Below the pieces are notes generated by a model. It did not search any database. It was not told the DNA's origin and worked only from the letters and a program-made list of their open reading frames with translations. 64,000 nt of DNA from an uncultured Actinomycetes bacterium (GTDB lineage: Bacteria > Actinomycetota > Thermoleophilia > UBA2241): positions 224,001-288,000 of the forward strand of contig CAVPVX010000004.1 of assembly GCA_963709345.1 (NCBI GenBank). Reading direction: 5' to 3'. Both the position numbers and the translations under genes were made by a program. Below, in pieces: positions 50,376-59,654 of this stretch; within the stretch, counting starts at the first letter, position 1, and every line of letters begins with the position of its first letter.

Positions 50376-51929
50376 ATGCTATTTCCAACGATCACATTCG
50401 CCGCCTTCTTCCTGCTGGTCTTCGTCGGGAACTGGCTGCTCATGCCCCGAGCGGCTCTGTGGAAGCCGTTCATGGTGCTGGTCAGTCTCGTCTTCTACGG
50501 GTGGTGGGAGTGGCGCTTCGTTCTGTTGCTCGTGCTCAGCGCCCTCGCCAACCAGTTCTTTGCCCGGCTGATCGACCGGACGCCGCCGGGAGCGGCCCGC
50601 ACGTGGGCTCTCGCCGGAGCCGTGGCCGCCAACCTCAGCGTGCTCGGCTGGTTCAAGTACTACGGGTTCTTCGTCACCTCGGCCGTCAACTTCCTCGGCG
50701 CCTTCGGGCTCAACGCCGATCTGCCGCTGCTGCGGATCGTCCTCCCGATCGGCATCTCGTTCCTGACATTCCGCGTGCTGAGCTACGTGATCGACGTCTA
50801 TCGCGGGAGCTTGCGGCCTGCCTCTCTACTCGACTTCTCGGTGTACGTCGCCTTCTTCCCGTACATCGCCGCCGGGCCGATCGCGCGAGCGTCCGAGTTC
50901 CTGCCCCAGCTCCTGTCGCCGCGAGACCCGCGGCGGGTGGACACGTCGCGTGCCTTCTTTCTGATCTTCGCGGGGCTCATCAAGAAGATGCTGATCGCCG
51001 ACTACCTTGCGACGCATCTGGTCAACGGCGTGTTCACGACGCCCGGCCAGTACACGTCTCTTGAGGTCCTTCTCGGGATCGTCGGCTACGCGGTGCAGAT
51101 CTACTGCGACTTCAGCGCCTATGCGGATATCGCCATCGGCATCTCGCTGCTCCTCGGGTTCAACCTGCCGGACAACTTCAACGCCCCGTACACGGCCGCC
51201 TCGGTGCAGGACTTCTGGCGCCGCTGGCACATGACTCTCTCGCGCTGGCTGCGCGACTACCTGTACATCCCGCTGGGCGGCAATCGCAAGGGCCGTGCGC
51301 GTACCTACGTGAACCTCATGATCACCATGGTGCTCGGTGGGCTCTGGCACGGCGCCGGCTGGCCCTTCGTCTTCTGGGGTTTCCTCTACGGCGGCGCGCT
51401 CGTCGTGGAACACAAGCGCGTCGACCGGCGCCGCGAACGCGCGGCGCGGCTGCAGCGGGATCGCGGGCAGCTCGCGGCCGTCGCTGCGTTCGAGGGACTC
51501 GTAGATGCCGCCCCGCCTGCCGTTGCGTCGCCGGGAGGTCCGGCGCCGGCGGCCGCAGGCCCTCCGGCGCTCGAGTACGACAAGCGCCCCTGGCGCGGCG
51601 CGGTGTGGCCGCGCATCGGCGTGTTCGCCTTCGTGACCTTCGCCTGGGTCTTCTTCCGCTCCGATACCTTCGCCGCCGCGCTCGCCGTGCTTGCACGGCT
51701 CTTCCAGGATTGGGGCGCGATTGGCGCCGCGGTGACCCCCGGCGTCTTTCTCGCCATCGCGGTCGGCGTCGGCATGCAGTACGTCCCCAAGTCCGTGTGG
51801 CAGCGCGGTGAGGCCGGCCTCTCGGTGCTGAACCCGGTCGTCCAGGGACTCGTTCTCGCGTTCGGCTTCCTGCTTCTCGACATACTCGGTCCGGTCGGTC
51901 CGGCCGCCTTCATCTACTTCGGTTTCTGA
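50376..51929 (+). CDS. MBOAT O-acyltransferase, AlgI/PatA-like (copy 1)
   Basis: FKYYGFF, LPIGISF, AGPIAR, QIYCDFSAY, DFWRRWHMTLSRWLRDYLYIPLGG, GLWHGA; C-terminal FIYFGF. Confidence 0.95.
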   Translation: MLFPTITFAAFFLLVFVGNWLLMPRAALWKPFMVLVSLVFYGWWEWRFVLLLVLSALANQFFARLIDRTPPGAARTWALAGAVAANLSVLGWFKYYGFFVTSAVNFLGAFGLNADLPLLRIVLPIGISFLTFRVLSYVIDVYRGSLRPASLLDFSVYVAFFPYIAAGPIARASEFLPQLLSPRDPRRVDTSRAFFLIFAGLIKKMLIADYLATHLVNGVFTTPGQYTSLEVLLGIVGYAVQIYCDFSAYADIAIGISLLLGFNLPDNFNAPYTAASVQDFWRRWHMTLSRWLRDYLYIPLGGNRKGRARTYVNLMITMVLGGLWHGAGWPFVFWGFLYGGALVVEHKRVDRRRERAARLQRDRGQLAAVAAFEGLVDAAPPAVASPGGPAPAAAGPPALEYDKRPWRGAVWPRIGVFAFVTFAWVFFRSDTFAAALAVLARLFQDWGAIGAAVTPGVFLAIAVGVGMQYVPKSVWQRGEAGLSVLNPVVQGLVLAFGFLLLDILGPVGPAAFIYFGF

Positions 51930-53011
51930 TGGCCGACGACCGCCGCCGAGACGACAGACTGCCCTACGGCCGCCGCCGCCGCACGGCGGCCAGCGCGCTC
52001 GTGGCGATCCTCGTCGCCGTGGCGTTCGGCGCGTTGTTCAACGCGCCGGCCATGAAGAAGACGGCGCTCGAGCTGCCGTTCGGCGGCGAGCGCAGCTTCA
52101 GGCTCGCCGTGCTCGACCCGCTCACCGCCGTGAGCCACGGGCTCTTCCTGGACCGGCCGGCAAGACTCACCGCCCAGCTGCTCGGCAAGCCCGATCCTGG
52201 GCCGACGGCCGTGCCGGCCGTCGTCGTGACGACCCCGACGCCACAGCCGAGTCGCAGCGGCGCCCCCAAGCCTCCTCCCGGAGAGAGGCCGGTGCGCACG
52301 CCGTACAAGGGGCACCCGATGCACCTCTATATCGCCGGCGACTCCATGATGGGGCTTCCGGGGATGGCGCTCGTCAATCTGTCGAACAAGACCAGGCTCA
52401 TCAAGCCCCTGCTCGACTACAAGATATCGAGCGGGCTGAGCCGACCGGATTTCTTCAACTGGCCGGCGCAGCTCGAGGCGCAGGTCAGGGAGTTCGACGC
52501 GGGCGCCGTAGCCGTGATGTTCGGCGCCAACGACAACCAGGCGGTGCAGACGTCCTCGGGAAAGGTGTACCAGTTCGAGACCGCCGGCTGGAAGAAGGAG
52601 TACCGGCGGCGCGTGGCCGACGTCATCAGGCTGCTCTTCGACAGCGGCGCGAAGCGCATCTACTGGATCGGGCAGCCGATCATGCCCGACGCGGCGTACG
52701 ACCGGCAGATCAAGGTGCTCAACGAGATCTACCGGAGTGAGGTCGAGAAGGTCCCGGGGGTCGAGTACATCGATGCCTACAAGCTCCTGGCCAACGGCAG
52801 CGGAGCCTACGCGCAGTACCTGCGCGACGCCGCCGGCGAGATGCAGAAGGTGCGGGAGGCCGACGGCGAACACCTCACCTACGCGGGTGGGCTGCGCCTC
52901 GCCGGGGCGGTCATCGCCGCCATCAAGAAGGAGTGGTTCGCCGGGAAGCCGGGCGAGAACGCGGGTGAGTCGTCGCCGGCCGCGGCGACTACTTCCAGCC
53001 CCGCGCCCTGA
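51929..53011 (+). CDS. SGNH/DUF459 acetyltransferase, PatB-like (copy 1)
   Basis: Overlaps the MBOAT stop; AGDSM, SSGLSRPDF, FGAND, DGEHLT. Confidence 0.85.
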   Translation: MADDRRRDDRLPYGRRRRTAASALVAILVAVAFGALFNAPAMKKTALELPFGGERSFRLAVLDPLTAVSHGLFLDRPARLTAQLLGKPDPGPTAVPAVVVTTPTPQPSRSGAPKPPPGERPVRTPYKGHPMHLYIAGDSMMGLPGMALVNLSNKTRLIKPLLDYKISSGLSRPDFFNWPAQLEAQVREFDAGAVAVMFGANDNQAVQTSSGKVYQFETAGWKKEYRRRVADVIRLLFDSGAKRIYWIGQPIMPDAAYDRQIKVLNEIYRSEVEKVPGVEYIDAYKLLANGSGAYAQYLRDAAGEMQKVREADGEHLTYAGGLRLAGAVIAAIKKEWFAGKPGENAGESSPAAATTSSPAP

Positions 53012-53120
53012 CGCCGGGGTCGCGGGGGCGGCTGCGTCTCCCGCGACCGCTGGTGTAGCATCGCCGGAGCAGACGGGGCCGCCTGCCGGCCCCGTGACAC
53101 AGTGACCCACAGGCGGCAGC

Positions 53121-54560
53121 GTGCTCTTCCCCACGATCACGTTCGCGATCTTCTTTCTCGTCGTCTACGCGGCAAACTGGCTGCTCATGCCCCGCCTGCG
53201 GCTTTGGAAGTGGTTCATCATCGCCGCAAGCTACGTGTTCTACGGCTGGTGGGACTGGCGCCTCGTGCTCCTGCTGATCGCTGCGACGCTCGTCAACCAG
53301 GCCCTTGGCGTCAAGATCCACCGCGCGCTTGGGAGGCGCGGCGCGCGCGCGGCCGCGCGCCGCTGGGTGGTCCTCGCGGTGGCGGTGAACCTCGTCGTGC
53401 TGGGCGTGTTCAAGTACTTCGACTTCTTCGCCGTCAACCTCAACGACGTGCTCGGCGCCCTGAGCCTCGGCGCGCCTCTCCCGCTCCTCCGCATCATCCT
53501 GCCGGTCGGGATCTCGTTCCTCGTCTTCCGCATGCTCACCTACAGCATCGACATCTACCGCGGCCAGCTTACGCCGGCGCCCACGCTGGATTTCGCCGTC
53601 TACACGGCCTTCTTTCCGTACTTGCTGGCCGGCCCCATCGCGCGAGCCCGCGAATTCCTGCCCCAGCTCACCACGCCGCGCGACCCGCGCGCCGTCGACT
53701 CGTCACGCGCCTTCGTGCTCATCCTCGGTGGCCTCGCCAAGAAGCTGCTCATCGCCGACTACCTCTCGACGCACATCGTGAACGGGCTGTTCTCCTCGCC
53801 GCAGACGTACTCGTCGTGGGAGGCTCTGTGGGGCATCCTGGCGTATTCCGTGCAGATCTACTGTGACTTCAGCGCCTACGCCGACATCGCCATCGGCATC
53901 GCGCTGCTGCTCGGCTTCGAGCTGCCCGCCAACTTCGACGCGCCCTACAAGGCGCGGACCATCCAGGACTTCTGGCGCCGCTGGCACATCACGCTCTCCA
54001 GCTGGCTGCGCGACTACCTGTACATCCCCCTGGGCGGCAACCGAAAGGGGCGCGGCCGCACCTACGTCAACCTGATCACCACCTTCCTGCTCGGCGGCCT
54101 CTGGCATGGCGCCGGGTGGACGTTCATCGTCTGGGGCGGCATGCACGGCGTCGGGCTCGCGCTCGAGCGCGCCCGCGCGGACGCGCGCCACGCGATGGGT
54201 GTTCCCGAGCCCGGCGCGACGCCGGGAGGGCGGGCGCTGCAGCGTCTCGCGGTGTTCGCCTTCGTGACGCTCGCCTGGGTGTTCTTCCGCGCCGAGTCCT
54301 TGGGCAACGCGTTCGCGGTGCTGTGGCGGCTGCCGGCCGGGCTGGGGAGCATCGGCGCGGCCGTGACGCTGCCCGTGGTCGGCCTGGTGGCGCTCGGGAT
54401 CGCCGTCCAGTACATCCCGCGCGGCTTCATCGACCGCATGGAAGTGGGGCTCAGCCGCGTGGGCTGGGTCGGCCAGGGGCTCGTTCTGGCCGCGGGCCTG
54501 TTCCTCATCGACGTGCTCGGCCCGCAGGGTCCGGCCGAGTTCCTCTACTTCAAGTTCTGA
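53121..54560 (+). CDS. MBOAT O-acyltransferase, AlgI/PatA-like (copy 2)
   Basis: Same motifs as copy 1; GLWHGAGWTFIVWGGMHG; C-terminal FLYFKF. Confidence 0.95.
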   Translation: MLFPTITFAIFFLVVYAANWLLMPRLRLWKWFIIAASYVFYGWWDWRLVLLLIAATLVNQALGVKIHRALGRRGARAAARRWVVLAVAVNLVVLGVFKYFDFFAVNLNDVLGALSLGAPLPLLRIILPVGISFLVFRMLTYSIDIYRGQLTPAPTLDFAVYTAFFPYLLAGPIARAREFLPQLTTPRDPRAVDSSRAFVLILGGLAKKLLIADYLSTHIVNGLFSSPQTYSSWEALWGILAYSVQIYCDFSAYADIAIGIALLLGFELPANFDAPYKARTIQDFWRRWHITLSSWLRDYLYIPLGGNRKGRGRTYVNLITTFLLGGLWHGAGWTFIVWGGMHGVGLALERARADARHAMGVPEPGATPGGRALQRLAVFAFVTLAWVFFRAESLGNAFAVLWRLPAGLGSIGAAVTLPVVGLVALGIAVQYIPRGFIDRMEVGLSRVGWVGQGLVLAAGLFLIDVLGPQGPAEFLYFKF

Positions 54561-54576
54561 GGGGGTGAAGCGGACG

Positions 54577-55782
54577 ATGACCGACGACGACCTCTTCGTG
54601 TGGCGCGACCCGCGGTCGCCGGCGCGGGACGTCCCCCGGGCGGACGAGCCGCCGCCCGGGGACTGGCGCGCGCCGGAGTACCCCGCCGGCGCCGGCCCGG
54701 CCGGCCCGCCGGCGCCCCTCGACGGCTATGAGGTGGAGGAGGAGTGGGAGGAGTGGCTGGAGCCGGGCGGACCGCGCGGCCCCGAGACGCCCGGGCCGCC
54801 GCCCGGTCGCGGACGGGGGCGGCGCCGCCGTCACGCGTCCGCCGGCGCCGTTCTGCTCGCTCTGCTCCTCGGCTTCTTTCTCGCCGGCCTGCTCGACGCG
54901 AAGACCATCGAGACCGACGTCAAGGCCCGGCCGTTCGGCTCGCTGCGCAGCTTCCAGCTGGCGATGCTCAAGCCGATGACCGCTCTGAGCGGTCTGCTCC
55001 GTCTCGACCAGCCGGCGCTGGGGCTGAACGACCTTCTCGGGCGCGGCGAGGTCGAGCATCACACGCTCGCCGACGTCAAGCCGGCCAAGAAACCGCTGTG
55101 GCCGCGGACCATCACGAAGAAGAAGCCGCTGCGGCTCTACGTCGCCGGCGACTCGATGAACCAGGTCTTTGGATCGTCGCTCGTCAACCTCGCTGAGGAG
55201 ACGAAGCTCGTCAAGGGCAAGAACGACTACCACGTCTCCAGCGGGCTCAGCCGGCCGGACTTCTACGACTGGCCGCAGCGGCTCGTCGACCAGACCGTCG
55301 AGTTCAAGCCCGACGCGGCGGCCGTGCTCTTCGGCGCCAACGACGGCCAGGACGTGTACTACAAGGGCAAGGTCCTCAAAGTGGGGACCAAGGCGTGGCA
55401 GGAGGTGTACGCCAAGCGCGTCGGCAAGGCCATGGCCATCCTGACCAAGGGCGGGCGCAGGGTCTACTGGGTCGGCAACCCCATCATGAAGGACTACCGT
55501 TACCGCGAGCGCATCGCGATGATGAACCATGTCTACCAGGCTGAGGCCGAGAAGCGCCCGGGGGTGATGTTCGTCAGCACCTGGGCGGCGCTGGCGAACG
55601 AAAAGGGCTCCTACGCCGAGTACCTGAAGGACGACAACGGCGACCAGGTGCTGATGCGCGCTCCGGACGGCATCCACCTGACGCGCGCCGGCGGCGACCG
55701 GATGGCGCAGGTCGTGCTCGACGCGATCCTGAAGGACTGGGGTGTGAGCGCCTCCGGTTCGCCTGAGCCGGCTTCTCCCTGA
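54577..55782 (+). CDS. SGNH/DUF459 acetyltransferase, PatB-like (copy 2)
   Basis: AGDSM, SSGLSRPDF, FGAND, DGIHLT; Pro/Glu-rich cytoplasmic N-terminus. Confidence 0.85.
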   Translation: MTDDDLFVWRDPRSPARDVPRADEPPPGDWRAPEYPAGAGPAGPPAPLDGYEVEEEWEEWLEPGGPRGPETPGPPPGRGRGRRRRHASAGAVLLALLLGFFLAGLLDAKTIETDVKARPFGSLRSFQLAMLKPMTALSGLLRLDQPALGLNDLLGRGEVEHHTLADVKPAKKPLWPRTITKKKPLRLYVAGDSMNQVFGSSLVNLAEETKLVKGKNDYHVSSGLSRPDFYDWPQRLVDQTVEFKPDAAAVLFGANDGQDVYYKGKVLKVGTKAWQEVYAKRVGKAMAILTKGGRRVYWVGNPIMKDYRYRERIAMMNHVYQAEAEKRPGVMFVSTWAALANEKGSYAEYLKDDNGDQVLMRAPDGIHLTRAGGDRMAQVVLDAILKDWGVSASGSPEPASP

Positions 55783-55998
55783 GCTGCGCGGCAGGCGCGG
55801 CTTCGGACCCGACGGCATGCCGGGCGCGTCGAACGTTCTCCACGCGTCGACAGGCGCGCGGTTCGAGCCGCGGGACGTCGGATGACAGGCGGTTCAAGCG
55901 GCGATCAGGATGATGCCGACGCGGCACGGAGGCGATCACGCCGGAGTGGTACGCTTGCGAGAGAGCCCGCACGGTCTCCAGGTCGGCTCGCATGAACC

Positions 55999-56358
55999 GT
56001 GGACGGACCCATCGACATCCCCGAGAGCGACGCCAAGCTCCTGGCCGACTGCGAGGTGCAGACCTTTCGCGCCGGCGGGCCCGGCGGCCAGCACCAGAAC
56101 GTCACCGACAGCGCCGTGCGGCTGAAGCACGTGCCGACCGGCCTGACGGTCACCTGTCGCGCCCAGCGCAGCCAGTACCTCAACAAGATGGACGCGCTCC
56201 GGCGGCTGCGCCTCAAGCTGGCGCGGCTCAACGAGCCGCCGCCGCCGCCGCGCCGCCCCACGCGGCCGTCGCGGGCCGCGAAGGAGCGGCGCCTCGCCGC
56301 GAAGTCGCGCCGCGCCGCCGCGAAGCGCTTGCGGCGCCCTCCGGCCGGGGACGACTGA
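55999..56358 (+). CDS. Peptide chain release factor-like protein (ArfB/YaeJ-like)
   Basis: [15 protein letters not shown], basic tail [18 protein letters not shown]. Confidence 0.85.
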   Translation: MDGPIDIPESDAKLLADCEVQTFRAGGPGGQHQNVTDSAVRLKHVPTGLTVTCRAQRSQYLNKMDALRRLRLKLARLNEPPPPPRRPTRPSRAAKERRLAAKSRRAAAKRLRRPPAGDD

Positions 56359-56405
56359 CTCGCACCCCGTCGCCCGCCGCCGGCCGCCGTGTAGAGTAGA
56401 CGGCC

Positions 56406-57218
56406 ATGGCAGTGATCGTCGGCATCCTCCTCGTCGCCTTCGTCGCCGGCGTCTTCGGCAGCATGCTCGGCGTGGGTGGCGGCGTCATCATGGTGCCCGT
56501 GCTCAACCTCGCCTTCGGTGTGCCGATCAAGACGGCGATCGCCACCAGCATCGTCTGCGTGATCGCGACCTCCTCGATGGCGCAGACGTCGTTCGTTGCT
56601 CGCGGGATGACGAACATGCGCCTCGGAATGCTGCTCGAGGTCGCGACCACCGTCGGCGCCATCGCCGGCGGCGTGACCGCCGTCCTCGTCGATGGGCGTG
56701 CCCTCCAGGCGGCGTTCGCGGTCGTGCTCTTCTACGTCGCCTGGCAGATGAGCCGCCGGCGCGGCGACGCCGTTCCTGTCGATACGGGTGTGCTCCGAGC
56801 GGGCTACTACGACCCCGCCGAGGGCCGCGAGGTGCGCTACGGCGCTCGCCGCGTCGTGCCGGGGTTCGTTCTGAGCCTCGCCGCGGGCAACGTGTCCGGG
56901 CTGCTCGGCGTCGGCGGCGGCGCCTTCAAGGTGCCGATCATGAACCTGCTCATGGGCGTGCCGCTCAAGGCCACCATCGCCACCAGCAACCTGATGATCG
57001 GGGTCACCGCCGCCACGGGGGCCGCGATCTTCTACGGGCGCGGCTACATGGACCCGTACTGGGCGGTCCCAGCGGCGCTCGGCATCCTCGCCGGGGCCCG
57101 TCTCGGCCCGCGGCTCGCCGCGCGTCTCCGGGCAAAGGTCCTCGTGGTCGTCTTCGAGGCGCTGCTCTGTGTGTTCGGGGTGCTGATGCTGCTGCAGGCG
57201 GCGGGAGTCCTCTCGTGA
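56406..57218 (+). CDS. TauE/SafE sulfite exporter family protein
   Basis: GSMLGVGGGVIMVP, SGLLGVGGGAFKVP, ATSNLMIGVTAA. Confidence 0.9.
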   Translation: MAVIVGILLVAFVAGVFGSMLGVGGGVIMVPVLNLAFGVPIKTAIATSIVCVIATSSMAQTSFVARGMTNMRLGMLLEVATTVGAIAGGVTAVLVDGRALQAAFAVVLFYVAWQMSRRRGDAVPVDTGVLRAGYYDPAEGREVRYGARRVVPGFVLSLAAGNVSGLLGVGGGAFKVPIMNLLMGVPLKATIATSNLMIGVTAATGAAIFYGRGYMDPYWAVPAALGILAGARLGPRLAARLRAKVLVVVFEALLCVFGVLMLLQAAGVLS

Positions 57219-57622
57219 GCGAGTGGCCGCGGTCACCCGCCGCCGAGTTGCCGGGGGGCGCCGGCGCGGCGCGACCGCGGCGTCACGTCATGGACGACGT
57301 CGAGCGTATGGTCAGCCGCGTGCTCACCGCCGGGATCGCCCTGAGCGTGGTGCTCATGGCGGTCGGGCTCGTTCTCGGCGCGCTCTCCGGAGACGGCATG
57401 TCTCGAGGCGTGATCCCGCTTCGCGACCTGCCGCGTGGGCTGGCGGCGTTTGAACCGGCCGCGTATCTCTCCCTCGGCTTGATCGCCCTCATCGCGACGC
57501 CGTTCGTGCGCGTGGCCGGCTCCATCTTCGCGTTCGCGCGTCAGCGCGACTACCGGTACGTGCTCGTCACGGCCACCGTCCTCGCGATCATGTGTCTGAG
57601 CGTGGCTCTGGGCAAGGCCTGA
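57215..57622 (+). CDS. DUF1634 membrane protein
   Basis: LGLIALIATPFVRV...RDYRY; usual partner of this TauE subfamily. Confidence 0.85.
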   Translation: MSEWPRSPAAELPGGAGAARPRRHVMDDVERMVSRVLTAGIALSVVLMAVGLVLGALSGDGMSRGVIPLRDLPRGLAAFEPAAYLSLGLIALIATPFVRVAGSIFAFARQRDYRYVLVTATVLAIMCLSVALGKA

Positions 57623-57656
57623 GACGCGGCGGCTTCGCCGGGCGGCGCGTCGGTCG

Positions 57657-58916
57657 TCAGAGCGCGCAGGATGGACCGGCGTCAAGGCCGCGCACTGCCG
57701 CCGCGGCACGCCGCCCCGAGACCATCGCACCCTGGATCGACGCCGTGTCTCGGTGGTCGCCGCAGACGAAGAGACCGGTCCGCAGGCGCACCGGGCGCTC
57801 AGGCTGGGGTAGCGCCGCGGGCGGCTGTGCCGGCAGGGCGAAGGGTATCCGCCGCACTGCCAGCCTCCGCCAGGCATCCACCTGAGACCCGAACCAGCCG
57901 CGCAACTGGGCGCGGACCGCGTCGTCGAGAGCGGCGTCGTCGAGCGCCGGGACACCGAGGACGCTCGCCGACACGAGGGCGGCTCCCGTCGGCGCGTAGC
58001 TCGGCGCCACGTCGCTGGGAACGCAGAGCTCGTTCACCGGGCCGGTCCCGTCGCCGTCGAGCACCAGGATGGGCTCCCCGACGGGTGAGCGTTCGGCGGC
58101 GTAGTACAGGCAAGTCGTGGAGCGGGGAGCCGGCGCCTCGAAGACGCCGGTGAGCCGGGCGGCCTCCGGGCCGTCCGCCGCGACGACCACCGCCGGCGCG
58201 GTGAGCCGCTCGCCGCCGGCGAGCGTGACTGCGCCCGGCGCGACGCGCTCCACGGTGACGCCGCAGCGCACGGCCGTCTTCGGGAGGCGATCGGCCAGCT
58301 GACGCGGGATCGCCTGCATCCCGGCGGCCGGCAGCGCCGCCTCACCTTCCGCGAAGAGCTTGAACACATAGGCGAAGAGCCGGCTGGACGTCTGCAGTTC
58401 GGGGTCGAGGAAGACGCCGCCGATGAACGGGCGAAAGAACGCGTCGACGAAGTCGCGAGAGAAACCCTCGCGCCGCAGCGCCTCCGCGGTCGTCACCTGT
58501 GGCGCGGTGAGCAGTTCGTTCAGCGAGAATCGCGAGAGCCGGCGACGCAGCCGGGCGACGCGCAGCTTGTCGGTTACGCTGCCCGGTCCGCCGCGCAGAC
58601 CGCGCAGGGCAGTGACGGGGTGGCGCGCAGGATCGGCCACGCGCAGGAAGGCGCCCCGCCGGCGGATGAGCGCCCCGCTCTCGAACGGGCGCAGTCCGAG
58701 CCGCTCGTAGTCGAGGACGCGGCGTGCCTCGGGATACGCGGTGAGCAGCACCTGGAACCCGCGGTCAAGCAGAAAGCCATCCACGAGGTCGGTCCTCACG
58801 CGCCCGCCGGGGGAGTCGTCCCGCTCAAGCACCAGCACATCGGTACCGGCGGCGTGGAGCTCTCCCGCGCAGCACAGACCGGCGAGGCCGGCGCCGACGA
58901 CGATGACGTCAGTCAT
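57657..58916 (-). CDS. FAD-dependent oxidoreductase (amine oxidase/protoporphyrinogen oxidase-like)
   Basis: VVGAGLAGL, GGRVRTD, LDRGFQVLLTAYPE, CGDHRDTASIQGAMVSG. Confidence 0.9.
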   Translation of the reverse strand: MTDVIVVGAGLAGLCCAGELHAAGTDVLVLERDDSPGGRVRTDLVDGFLLDRGFQVLLTAYPEARRVLDYERLGLRPFESGALIRRRGAFLRVADPARHPVTALRGLRGGPGSVTDKLRVARLRRRLSRFSLNELLTAPQVTTAEALRREGFSRDFVDAFFRPFIGGVFLDPELQTSSRLFAYVFKLFAEGEAALPAAGMQAIPRQLADRLPKTAVRCGVTVERVAPGAVTLAGGERLTAPAVVVAADGPEAARLTGVFEAPAPRSTTCLYYAAERSPVGEPILVLDGDGTGPVNELCVPSDVAPSYAPTGAALVSASVLGVPALDDAALDDAVRAQLRGWFGSQVDAWRRLAVRRIPFALPAQPPAALPQPERPVRLRTGLFVCGDHRDTASIQGAMVSGRRAAAAVRGLDAGPSCAL

Positions 58917-59031
58917 GAGGAGGCGCTCCTTCGAGCGTTCTGCTCCGGGCCTTTCGCCGTACGGTCAACGTGGTCTCGTTTCCTCGCGGGGTAGTCGGAG
59001 TATACCCGGCCGCCGTTCGCCCCCGGCTCCC

Positions 59032-59060
59032 TTGCAAAGCCGTTCGTGCCTGAGTAGAGT
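59032..59060 (+). promoter_or_regulatory. Promoter for the BlaI-family gene
   Basis: TTGCAA-N17-TAGAGT. Confidence 0.6.
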
Positions 59061-59190
59061 CGGGGCAAGGAAGCGTCCTCATCGACGGCGGCCGCCGACA
59101 CGACGCGGCGTCGGAACGGTTCTCGTACTCCAGGAGGGGACGCTTCATGCACATCCGATCCAGGCCCACGAACTCGGACGGAGGTCCATG

Positions 59191-59553
59191 ATGGCCGATC
59201 CCAAGCCTCAAGCATGGCGACGCCGCGACCGCAGCCGCGACCTGACCGGTCTCGGCTGGCTCGAGGCGGACGTCCTGCGGGTCGTCTGGGACAGGGGCGA
59301 GGTCACGGTCCGCGACGTGTACGAAGCGCTGCGTGAGAACCGGCGCATCGCCTACACGACCGTGATGAGCGTCTTGCGCAACCTGGCGGCCAAGGGCCTG
59401 CTGGAGCAGGACAAGTCGGCCGCCGCCTACGTGTACCGTCCCAAGGTCACCGACGAGGAAGTGGCGCGCGGCATCCTCGACGCCCTCGTCGACAAGATCA
59501 TGGGCGGTCGCCGGGAGCCTCTCATCGACTACCTGCAGCGCCCCGACGACTGA
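59191..59553 (+). CDS. BlaI/MecI/CopY family transcriptional regulator
   Basis: LGWLEADVLRVVWDRGEVTVRDV...IAYTTVMSVLRNLAAKGLL. Alternative ATG at 59188. Confidence 0.9.
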   Translation: MADPKPQAWRRRDRSRDLTGLGWLEADVLRVVWDRGEVTVRDVYEALRENRRIAYTTVMSVLRNLAAKGLLEQDKSAAAYVYRPKVTDEEVARGILDALVDKIMGGRREPLIDYLQRPDD

Positions 59554-59654
59554 CGGCTCCGCGAGCGCGGCAGCCCCGGCCGGCGAGGGGGTCGGCGGCG
59601 AAGCTTCGGCTGCGGAGTCACACAGCCGTCCGCGCGCCTTGGCGGCGGCGCGCC

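Noticed and set aside
55790-55990. GGTTCGAG and GGTTCAAG T-loop-like motifs as tRNA or ncRNA
   Set aside because: No cloverleaf, acceptor stem or anticodon arm could be built.
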